A stretch of DNA of 64,000 nt from an uncultured Ruminococcus sp. (lineage in GTDB: Bacteria > Bacillota > Clostridia > Oscillospirales > CAG-272), in contig CAZULC010000001.1 in the NCBI GenBank assembly GCA_964621165.1, positions 268,281 to 332,280 on the forward strand, written 5' to 3'. The notes under the pieces are model-generated. The model was given only the letters and a program-made list of their open reading frames with translations. It was not told the origin of the DNA and did not search any database. Below are positions 46,044 through 54,079 of the stretch, one piece after another. Every line of letters starts with the position of its first letter. Position 1 is the stretch's first letter. Made by a program: the position numbers and the translations under genes.

Positions 46044-47420
46044 ATGAGTAAAAAATATCCTAATATATTGTTTTTTGGTATCGACAGCCTGCGGAGCGAC
46101 CATATGTCACTTTATGGCTACGAACGGCTGACTACCCCTCACATTGACCGGTATATCGAGGACGGCGGGGTCATGTTTGAGCGGATGTACTCCCCGTCAA
46201 TCCCTACCACACCGGGCTATGCTTCCATGGTGACGGGCATGGACTGCTTCTCCACCGACTGCGTTGCCCTGCGTCATGTGGGGGAAATTACCTCTGCCGT
46301 GCGCACAATGCCGGAGATTCTGCGTGACTTTGGCTACACCTCAACCTATATCGGCGGTCACTCATGCCGGGGATGCGACAAGTATATCCGTTACCCCGAC
46401 TGGAATGCTGACAAGGCTGAGGAGATGAACAAAGCGGCCATTCCCGAGCTTGAGAGACTGGCAAAACAGGACAAGCCGTGGCTTCTCTTTATGCGTCACA
46501 TGGACCCCCACTCACCCTACTACACGAAGGAACCCTTCACGCGGATGTTCTATCAGGGTGACGAATTTGACCCGAAAAACAAGTCCATGAATCCGGTTTA
46601 CTCCTTCAAGCCCTTCCGCGATTACTTCCTGTCATGGTTCCCTGAGGGATGCACTGACGCGGAGTATATCTCGGCTCAGTATGACGCTTCTGTGGCTTAC
46701 ATGGACCTCTGCATAAGCCAGATCCTCGAAAAGCTTAAGGAACTGGGACTGGAAGACGATACCATTGTGGTATTCACCTCCGACCACGGGGAGACCCTCA
46801 CCGACCACGGCTGCTACTTCGACCACCACACGATTTACGACAACGTGCTGAACGTTCCCTTTGCTTTCAAATACGCCGGCTTCCCATACGAGGGACGGGT
46901 TGACAACATCACCCAGACAAAGGATATTCTTCCGACCATACTCTCCGTTGCGGGAATCGACTGCGGCATAGACTTTGACGGACGTGACATGACTGCCGCA
47001 ATCCGTGGGGAAGAGATACGCGAGGAGCCGGAGTTCTACATCACGGAAGCCACATGGATGCGCAAGCACGGCTGGAGAACCCCCGAGTGGAAGCTGATTG
47101 TGGCGCTGGAGCCGGACTTCCACTTCCTGCCCGGGGTGGAACTGTACAACTTGGTGAAGGACCCGGGCGAGAACCACAATGTGGCCGAGGAAAACCCAGA
47201 GGTAGTGGAGTGTCTCAAGACCCGCATGATGGCGCATATTGCCAAGCGTGAAGCCGAAGTGGGGCATCCCGACCCGATTTACACCAACGCCGACACATGG
47301 AGCGGATTCGGCCGTCCTTTTGCCACAAGTGAAGAAGCCTACGCGAACCTGCACATAGGCGACCCGGCGGCGGCTCAGAAGCTTCAGGACAAGCTGAAAG
47401 AAATGGGCGTGGAGGAATAA
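46044..47420 (+). CDS. Sulfatase-like hydrolase (alkaline-phosphatase superfamily) lacking the formylglycine motif
   Basis: PNILFFGIDSLRSDH (metal-binding Asp). The nucleophile segment reads PTTPGYASMVTG where sulfatases have C/S-x-P-x-R-x-x-x-x-TG. ATG 46044 sits 6 nt after AAAGGTG. Confidence 0.8.
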   Translation: MSKKYPNILFFGIDSLRSDHMSLYGYERLTTPHIDRYIEDGGVMFERMYSPSIPTTPGYASMVTGMDCFSTDCVALRHVGEITSAVRTMPEILRDFGYTSTYIGGHSCRGCDKYIRYPDWNADKAEEMNKAAIPELERLAKQDKPWLLFMRHMDPHSPYYTKEPFTRMFYQGDEFDPKNKSMNPVYSFKPFRDYFLSWFPEGCTDAEYISAQYDASVAYMDLCISQILEKLKELGLEDDTIVVFTSDHGETLTDHGCYFDHHTIYDNVLNVPFAFKYAGFPYEGRVDNITQTKDILPTILSVAGIDCGIDFDGRDMTAAIRGEEIREEPEFYITEATWMRKHGWRTPEWKLIVALEPDFHFLPGVELYNLVKDPGENHNVAEENPEVVECLKTRMMAHIAKREAEVGHPDPIYTNADTWSGFGRPFATSEEAYANLHIGDPAAAQKLQDKLKEMGVEE

Positions 47421-47732
47421 TTCGGACACAAATTCACACGAAAAAGATAATCCTGCGCCAGATTCGGCAAAAATCCGGCGGGGATGAATGCAAAATTTGT
47501 GGAAACTGACGTGATGTAGTGGTATGTTCACAAACTTTGGCGAAAAAAATAATCCTCGGCTGGGGATGCACAAGGCTTGGCGGGGATTTGATAGCGAAAT
47601 TGGCGAAAATGACAAAGTTGTGCAAATGTTCACAAATTCCGGCGATTCTGTTAATCCTCAGCTGTGATTGAACAAAATTTTGCTTGAAACAATACGGATA
47701 ATTGGTGTAAATCAACAGAAAGGGATGATATT

Positions 47733-48743
47733 ATGCTGCGTACTGCTGTAATTGGAATGGGTCCTATCGGGAACAGGCACGCGAGGGCTTACACGGAGAC
47801 TGAACGGGCTTCGCTTGTGGGGGTCTGCGACAGGATTCCGGAGAGGGCGAAATCTGCCGGGGAGAAGTTTGGCGTACCGTACTTTTACTCGGCTGAGGAG
47901 ATGCTGCGGGAGCTTAAGCCGGATCTGGTCAGCGTTGCCACGGGCGGGCGTGAGTATTCCAGCGACCACTACGAACCCACGATTCAGGCTCTGGAGGCGG
48001 GCTGTCATGTGCTTGGCGAGAAGCCCATATCGGACGATCTGCGTCACGGGGAAGAGATGGTGGCTTTGGCTGAGGCAAAGGGCTTATGCTACGGTATAGA
48101 TTTAAACCACCGGTTCACTCCGGCTGCGCGTCAGGCGAAGAAGTGGCAGAACGAGGGCAAAATCGGCTCGCTTCTGTTCTGCAACATGGCCCTGTGGATA
48201 GGCAAATTCATGCCGCTGGATTCGGTTTACTATCATTTGAAGGCGCTGAACCCCCATTCGGTGAACATAATGCAGTACTTCATGGGTCCGGTCGAGGAAG
48301 TTTCCACCTTTGCCATGAAGGCGCCGGGGCGGGACATATACTCAACCCAGTCGACGAACATGAAGTTTGCCTGCGGGGCTGTGGGGCATCTCACGTCCTC
48401 CTACGACATCAAGCGGGGTCATCCCATGGAGCGGTGCGAGGTTGCGGGAGTAGGCGGCAGGCTTGTGTTCGAGGACATGTGGCGTGAGGCTGTGCTATAC
48501 CCGGCTGACTCGCTTGTGAAGGAGGTCTACACGAATCCGGTATTTGACGGCTTTGAAGGATTTTACGACACCTTCCGCGACAGGATCCACTCATTTGTGG
48601 CGCAGGTTGACGACGGCTGCAAACCGGATGAGATAGACGGAAGCGGACGGGAAGGACTTGAGGCACAGCGGGTGATTCACGCCATGATTAAGTCGCTGAA
48701 CGAAGGCGGCGCTGTTGTGACGGTTGCCGAGGTGCATGAGTAA
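47733..48743 (+). CDS. Gfo/Idh/MocA family oxidoreductase
   Basis: Rossmann N-terminus LRTAVIGMGPIGNRHA and the GEKPIS motif. AAAGGGA SD. Confidence 0.85.
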   Translation: MLRTAVIGMGPIGNRHARAYTETERASLVGVCDRIPERAKSAGEKFGVPYFYSAEEMLRELKPDLVSVATGGREYSSDHYEPTIQALEAGCHVLGEKPISDDLRHGEEMVALAEAKGLCYGIDLNHRFTPAARQAKKWQNEGKIGSLLFCNMALWIGKFMPLDSVYYHLKALNPHSVNIMQYFMGPVEEVSTFAMKAPGRDIYSTQSTNMKFACGAVGHLTSSYDIKRGHPMERCEVAGVGGRLVFEDMWREAVLYPADSLVKEVYTNPVFDGFEGFYDTFRDRIHSFVAQVDDGCKPDEIDGSGREGLEAQRVIHAMIKSLNEGGAVVTVAEVHE

Positions 48744-48814
48744 AAAAACTGCCTGAGCGGCGTGAGTACCATACATCAGTACAGCAATAGAGGAAGGAAA
48801 AGCGGGTAAAGCCA

Positions 48815-49699
48815 ATGGAAAAGGACGTTGAGTTATACAAAATGAACAGTTTCGTGGACATGCCGCCGAATATAACTGTAGTTCCGGCAACCCACAACGG
48901 GCGGGCGGGGCAGCACTACCACAACTTCATCGAGATGGTGTACGTATCCAACGGGTTCACGCTGCACAGTTCCGAGGGGAAGATCACGATGCTGATAACA
49001 GGGGACTGGTTTTTCATAAAGCCGGGGGAAGCCCACTCATACATCAACGCCTACCGTGCGAAGATATACAATCTGCTTTTTGATCCGGCGGAGCTTGGTT
49101 CGTTATGTGATGAGCTGAGCGAGCTTCCCGGTTTGAGTGTGCTGTTGAAGGGTGACGAATACTCCGATCCGCCGTCGCGAATAATACACGTACCCATGAG
49201 TGAGCGGCAGAACGTGGAGCTTGCCCATGAGAAGATAATGTGGGAGAGGGCCGAGCGGAAGAGTGGCTGGCAGGTATCTATGAAGGCGCGGTTATGTTCT
49301 TTATTGATCCGGTATTCGCGGATGTGTGTGGACCAGAGCAAATTTGAGCGTTCCACGCGTGGCGACGACTACTACGGCTACATATACAAGGCGCTGCGGT
49401 ACATAGACGAGCATTATGCGGAGGACATAGACACGAAAGTATTGGCGGACATATCTGGATTATCGCTTGACTACATGGCGCGACGGTTCAAGGCGATATT
49501 GAACATGACGCCGGCGGAATACTTACGTCGGTACAGGATAGCGAAGGCGATGGAGTTATTATGCACGACGGATAAGTCCATTTCGGAGATAGGAGCGGAG
49601 ACGGGGTTTTCGGACCTGACGATATTCTCGCGTGTATTCAAAGCGAACGTAGGCTGTCCCCCAGCCGCGTTCAGGAAAACCATGGTCAGCCGTGAGTGA
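48815..49699 (+). CDS. AraC family transcriptional regulator (cupin + HTH)
   Basis: Cupin-like N-terminus (HYHNFIEMVYV) and C-terminal HTH (TKVLADISGLSLDYMARRFK..ISEIGAETGFSDLTIFSRVFK). Confidence 0.85.
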   Translation: MEKDVELYKMNSFVDMPPNITVVPATHNGRAGQHYHNFIEMVYVSNGFTLHSSEGKITMLITGDWFFIKPGEAHSYINAYRAKIYNLLFDPAELGSLCDELSELPGLSVLLKGDEYSDPPSRIIHVPMSERQNVELAHEKIMWERAERKSGWQVSMKARLCSLLIRYSRMCVDQSKFERSTRGDDYYGYIYKALRYIDEHYAEDIDTKVLADISGLSLDYMARRFKAILNMTPAEYLRRYRIAKAMELLCTTDKSISEIGAETGFSDLTIFSRVFKANVGCPPAAFRKTMVSRE

Positions 49700-49754
49700 C
49701 GTTGGTTAATGGGGGAAACGTGGGAAATGGGGCGAGTGCGTGGGGGTAGGTTGT

Positions 49755-49985
49755 GCTTTCTCCTTTATGGATTTATGTACAAGGGGAGAATAGTGCGGGA
49801 TTTCGTTGTTCTTTTCTCCTTTATCGAGGAGCAAAGAACCAAAAGAGGAACTCCAGAAAGAGCTTGCTCTTTCAGAAGTCAATGGGGTGTTTCGAATTCT
49901 GCGGAATTCGACAATGGGACTATGTCACCTTGACCTAAACTTTTGGGCTGACAATGTTTAGTTTAAATTTATTGAGATACTTCTA
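49755..49985 (+). repeat. Family B structured repeat, copy B5 (lacks hairpin H3)
   Basis: H0 CTCCTTTATCGAGGAG, H1 TCGAATTCTGCGGAATTCGA, H2 GGGACTATGTCAC. It ends 28 nt before ATG 50013. Confidence 0.7.
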
Positions 49986-50012
49986 CGTAACATTTTTTGG
50001 AGGATTTTTACC

Positions 50013-51098
50013 ATGTCTAAAATTTTTAAATCTGCCGTTGTTGGTATGGGCGGAATTGGTCACACTCATGCCACGTGCATCAAAAACGACCCCTTAGCCG
50101 AGCTTATTGCCGTATGCGACTTAATCCCCGCGAAGGCTGACTCAGCCGGTGAAAAATTCGGCGTACCGGCCTACTATTCCCTCAAGGACATGCTCTCCGC
50201 TCATCCGGAAATCGAGGTAGTCCACGTCACCACCTCCGGTTTTGAGAACGGCTCATGGCACTACGTTCCCACCATGGAAGCGTTGGACGCTGGCCGTCAC
50301 GTTCTTGTGGAGAAGCCCATTTCCAACAACATAAACGAAGCCCGCGAGATGGTTGACTATGCGGCGAAGAAGGGGTTATACTTGGGCTGCGACCTGAACC
50401 ACTATTTCAGCGGACCGGCTGACCGTGCACGTGAGATTATTGCGTCCGGCGGAGTAGGCGAGCAGGTTTACACCATGATGAAGGTGGGCTTTGACGGTTC
50501 ATCCACAAAAGTAAATCGTGCGGACAAGACATCCCGCTGGCAGATGCCCTACTCCCATGCGAAGGCGTTTCTGACCCACCCATTCTCGGTCATGCGGCAT
50601 TTCTGCGGCGACGTGACCCACATTCAGGCGTTCATGGACAAGCCGGGCGCCCGTCGTCAGTCGGAGGACTTAATGCTGTCGATTCAGTCGATTCACATGC
50701 GCTTCCAGAACGGCTGTGTGGGATATTTACTCTCCCAGCGTGGCGACGCGATGTTCGGGCTTGGCGGCTGGTGGTCATTTGAGCTGGCGGGGACTCAGGG
50801 AACGTTCTGCATTGAGAACTGTGTGGAGAAGCTGACGTACTGGAAGCAGGGTCAGGCTCCCGAGGTGATGAACACAGGAGTAACGTCCTTTGACGCCACC
50901 TTCCCGATCCGGATACACGCGTTCTACGAGGATCTCGCGAACAACGTTCCGCTTGAGCATTTACGTGCGTCCGGACGTGACGCGCTTGCTACGATGGAGT
51001 ACATTTTTGCGGCGATAGACTCCTACGAGAGCGGCGGTCAGATAGTGCGTCCCCACGCCCTTCCGGCATACCACGGCGACGTACACATCATTCACTAA
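50013..51098 (+). CDS. Gfo/Idh/MocA family oxidoreductase
   Basis: FKSAVVGMGGIGHTHA Rossmann N-terminus and the VEKPIS motif. GGAGG SD. Confidence 0.85.
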   Translation: MSKIFKSAVVGMGGIGHTHATCIKNDPLAELIAVCDLIPAKADSAGEKFGVPAYYSLKDMLSAHPEIEVVHVTTSGFENGSWHYVPTMEALDAGRHVLVEKPISNNINEAREMVDYAAKKGLYLGCDLNHYFSGPADRAREIIASGGVGEQVYTMMKVGFDGSSTKVNRADKTSRWQMPYSHAKAFLTHPFSVMRHFCGDVTHIQAFMDKPGARRQSEDLMLSIQSIHMRFQNGCVGYLLSQRGDAMFGLGGWWSFELAGTQGTFCIENCVEKLTYWKQGQAPEVMNTGVTSFDATFPIRIHAFYEDLANNVPLEHLRASGRDALATMEYIFAAIDSYESGGQIVRPHALPAYHGDVHIIH

Positions 51099-51112
51099 AA
51101 GGAAAAGCAAAA

Positions 51113-51156
51113 GCAGGAGTCGGTCCTACGAAAAGGCGGCTGGCTCCTGCTTTTTT
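51113..51156 (+). terminator. Intrinsic terminator after the oxidoreductase gene
   Basis: GCAGGAGTC..GGCTCCTGC stem followed by T6. Confidence 0.8.
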
Positions 51157-51195
51157 GGGTTATGGTATGGTCGTTGGATTACTTACAATTTCAGC

Positions 51196-51647
51196 TCAGG
51201 AAATGCCGGATATACCCTCGGGGGTTCCCCGTACGGCTTCCTTCATCAGCTCAAGGGCGGCTTCGTCGTTTTTTTTTCGCTTTATCTATAAGTCCGCATA
51301 TTTCTGCCCGGGCGGCGGGGTCAGCGAGGGTTTCGAGGATTTCTTCGTGGGTGCTTCCGCTCCTCTTCCTTATCTCACCCACTACGGCGGCGGTTTCGGC
51401 GAAGGCTTCGGCGGTTTTTTTATAGATTTCGGCTTTATCGGGGGGATTTTGCGGCAAGGAAAGTTAAGTATTTGGCGGCACATGACCGTCCGTCGCTGAG
51501 GCAGTTCAGTGCGTCGGTGTGGCACAGCAGCTTCTCGAAGGATACGGTCAGGCTTCCGTCGGTTGACCTGGGAAAGTTTTTCTCGTTTGAGAGGGCGTTT
51601 TTCCAGCCGTCGTAGGCGAGGGTTCCCTTACAGTAGCCGCAGTCCAT
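51196..51647 (-). pseudogene. Hypothetical gene apparently split by two frameshifts
   Basis: Adjacent minus-strand ORFs 51435..51647 and 51251..51457 are in different frames. Reading resumes past a T9/A9 run near 51280 to a stop at 51196-51198. No family was recognised. Confidence 0.25.
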
Positions 51648-51679
51648 TCGTCCGGTGAGTGCGCGGATTCCGTTCCGGA

Positions 51680-52828
51680 TTACGTTTTTTCATCAAATGG
51701 CTCGCCTTTTACCGCTCCAATGCACATGACGGCCTGTGTGTCGGTGTTCTCCCACCAGTTTTCGCTGATGAAGCAGCCACACTCGTCGAAGGTGACGTTT
51801 CCGCCGAACTCCGGGTCATGCTGGAAGAAATTCCAACCGTAAAGGGTTATGTTATTGTCAAGGGACTGATTTGAGGTTTCGGCAGAAGTTCCCCATTCCC
51901 GGTAGCCGGTGATTATGCAGGGTTCCGGTGGTCCTATGATACCCAGCGCTATGCAGGGGTAGCCTTCGTCTATGTGGGACTTGATGAAGTTTGTGAAGTC
52001 GTCCTTGGTGGTGGTTTTGTCCCGCCCGGTGAAGAAGAATTCCCGTCCCAAAGCTTCTGCTGGGATTCTGTAGACGCCGCCGCTTTCGTCGAAGGTGTGG
52101 CAGATGTCAACGTTGCTCAGGTCCCAGTCGAGGCTGTTCCACGCGAATCTGAACGCGGCTCCGGTGATTGCCATGGTTGTGGGGCAGTCAACGTCCTCAC
52201 CGAGGTAGGCGAGAGTTGATTTGAGGCAGATGGGGTAGGGTGTACAGCCGCCGTATTCGCCGAAGCCAGCCTTGGGGATGCCATATAAGATGGTGCTGTT
52301 GGTGGATTGTTTTGTCATGGGTATGTCGCTCCTTTGTTCTTTTTTGGGAATAATGCCTACGCTGAATATACCGTCACATAATTGCACCTTTCCGACAATG
52401 GGTCGTTCTGAAAAAGATTTGTCGCCATGCTGCGGGAGTTTTGTTTTGTCGTCGTGGGATAGCTTTACGGTTTCAGCTTCAGAAGTGCCGTTTTGCCTGT
52501 CGGGGCTTCCCGACCTGAATTTGCTGGGATTCATGCCTGTGATTCTGTGGAATGAGCGGGTGTAGGTTTCATGGCTGGAGAAGCCGTACTTTAGTGCTAT
52601 GTCGAGTATGGTTTTGTCCGAGTGGAGGAGGTCGAGGGCTGAGCGGTGGATTTTCCGCGTGAGGATATACCTTGTGATTGGCATGCCTGTGTCGTGGCGG
52701 AACTGGGTTCGGATATGCACCCACGAGAAGCCGAGTGCTTTTTGGATTTGCTCCGGTGTGAGTGGGGAGTCGAGAATATGGGACTCGATATAGCGGATTG
52801 CGGCTATGGTGCAGAGTGGATAGCTCAT
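51680..52828 (-). CDS. AraC-type HTH regulator with an uncharacterised C-terminal domain, carrying an in-frame Family A insertion in the linker
   Basis: N-terminal HTH (ITRYILTRKIHRSALDLL..IALKYGFSSHETYTRSFHRITG). The linker SGSPDRQNGTSEAETVKLSHDDKTKLPQ is encoded by the antisense of repeat 52430-52514. AAAGGAA SD. Confidence 0.75.
   Translation of the reverse strand: MSYPLCTIAAIRYIESHILDSPLTPEQIQKALGFSWVHIRTQFRHDTGMPITRYILTRKIHRSALDLLHSDKTILDIALKYGFSSHETYTRSFHRITGMNPSKFRSGSPDRQNGTSEAETVKLSHDDKTKLPQHGDKSFSERPIVGKVQLCDGIFSVGIIPKKEQRSDIPMTKQSTNSTILYGIPKAGFGEYGGCTPYPICLKSTLAYLGEDVDCPTTMAITGAAFRFAWNSLDWDLSNVDICHTFDESGGVYRIPAEALGREFFFTGRDKTTTKDDFTNFIKSHIDEGYPCIALGIIGPPEPCIITGYREWGTSAETSNQSLDNNITLYGWNFFQHDPEFGGNVTFDECGCFISENWWENTDTQAVMCIGAVKGEPFDEKT
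52430..52514 (+). repeat. Family A repeat unit located inside a CDS (antisense to it)
   Basis: TGCGGGAGTTTTGTTTTGTCGTCGTGGGATAGC..CAGCTTCAGAAGTGCCGTTTTGCCTGTCGGGGCTTCCCGAC. All Family A modules are present. Confidence 0.7.
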
Positions 52829-52904
52829 TGGCGTTATTCCTTTATGTGGGGTGATGGTTGTATTATAGCACAGGGGAGCGGGTTTGTCTTGACGATTCTG
52901 ATGA

Positions 52905-52933
52905 AAAGAAAAACCCCGGGGTGAATCCGGGGC
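52905..52933 (-). terminator. Intrinsic terminator after oxidoreductase gene 52948..54027
   Basis: On the minus strand, CCCCGG-ATTCACC-CCGGGG is followed by TTTTTCTTTTC. Confidence 0.75.
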
Positions 52934-52947
52934 TGGTTTAGGTTTCG

Positions 52948-54027
52948 TTACAGCTCAATCTCGACTTCGTGACCGCATGCGTTGGATCTGATAATGCCGT
53001 CGATGATGGCTTGGTTATATATAATCTGCGACGTGGGGATGGGAGCGCCGGTGCCGTTTTTCACAGCGTCGATGAACGCGCGGATTTTGGACTCGAACAT
53101 GCCCATTTTCACGTTATTACCTTCAACGGGGATTTCGGTTGCGATCTGTTTACCTTCTTCGTTGTCCTTATAGAGGATGAGATCTCCTGCGGCGCCGTCC
53201 CAGCAGCATCCGACGGGGGCTTTTACTTTAAGTCCGGCTTCGGTGCCGAAGAACATTGAGTCGCCGGTGGTATCCATATTCATAGCCCACGACGCGCGGT
53301 AGTCGATTACAATATCGCCCTCACAGCGGATCATTGCCACGGCGAAATCGTCGTCGACTGTGAATCTTGCGGCTTCTGCGTATTTTTTGGGATTTTTACC
53401 GAAGTAAGCGAACTGTTTAGCGGAGACTGTGAGCGGTTTAGGGTAGCCGATAGAGTTAAGAGCGAAGTCGAGGCCATAGCAGCCTATATCACCTACAGCG
53501 CCCACTGCGGCTTTATCCTTTTCGATAAATGTGCGTCCGGGGATACCCTTGACTCGACCTCCGCCGACTACCACGTAGTAGACCTTTCCGAGGACTCCTG
53601 AGTCAATGACTTCGCGGACCTTTTTGACGTTAGCGCCGTATCTTGGCTGGAATCCGACTGTGACGAAATGGTTTGTAGCCTTCTCGACCGCGCATATGGC
53701 CTTAGCCTCGTCGAGAGTGACGCACATAGGTTTTTCGAGCATGACGTCTTTTCCCGAGGTGAGCGCGCAGATAGTAGGTGCGGCGTGCTGGGAGTTATAG
53801 GTACACACGGACACAGCGTCAATATCGTCTCTTGCGCACAGTTCCTCATGTGTTTCATAAGCGGCAGCGTCGGTCAAGCCGAATTCGTCGAGGAACTTTC
53901 TTGCCTTTCCGGGAACAATATCAGCTCCGGCTACGACTTCCACGTCATCGAAACTCTTATAAGCCCGTGCGTGGTTATGCGCGATTCCACCGGTACCGAT
54001 AATCCCGATTCTAAGTTTATCCTTCAT
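52948..54027 (-). CDS. Gfo/Idh/MocA family oxidoreductase
   Basis: LRIGIIGTGGIAHNHA Rossmann N-terminus and the LEKPM motif. Confidence 0.9.
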   Translation of the reverse strand: MKDKLRIGIIGTGGIAHNHARAYKSFDDVEVVAGADIVPGKARKFLDEFGLTDAAAYETHEELCARDDIDAVSVCTYNSQHAAPTICALTSGKDVMLEKPMCVTLDEAKAICAVEKATNHFVTVGFQPRYGANVKKVREVIDSGVLGKVYYVVVGGGRVKGIPGRTFIEKDKAAVGAVGDIGCYGLDFALNSIGYPKPLTVSAKQFAYFGKNPKKYAEAARFTVDDDFAVAMIRCEGDIVIDYRASWAMNMDTTGDSMFFGTEAGLKVKAPVGCCWDGAAGDLILYKDNEEGKQIATEIPVEGNNVKMGMFESKIRAFIDAVKNGTGAPIPTSQIIYNQAIIDGIIRSNACGHEVEIEL

Positions 54028-54079
54028 ATGTTTTATACCAACCTTTCTTGGTGAGATTTTGTTTTATGTGTAATACAGT

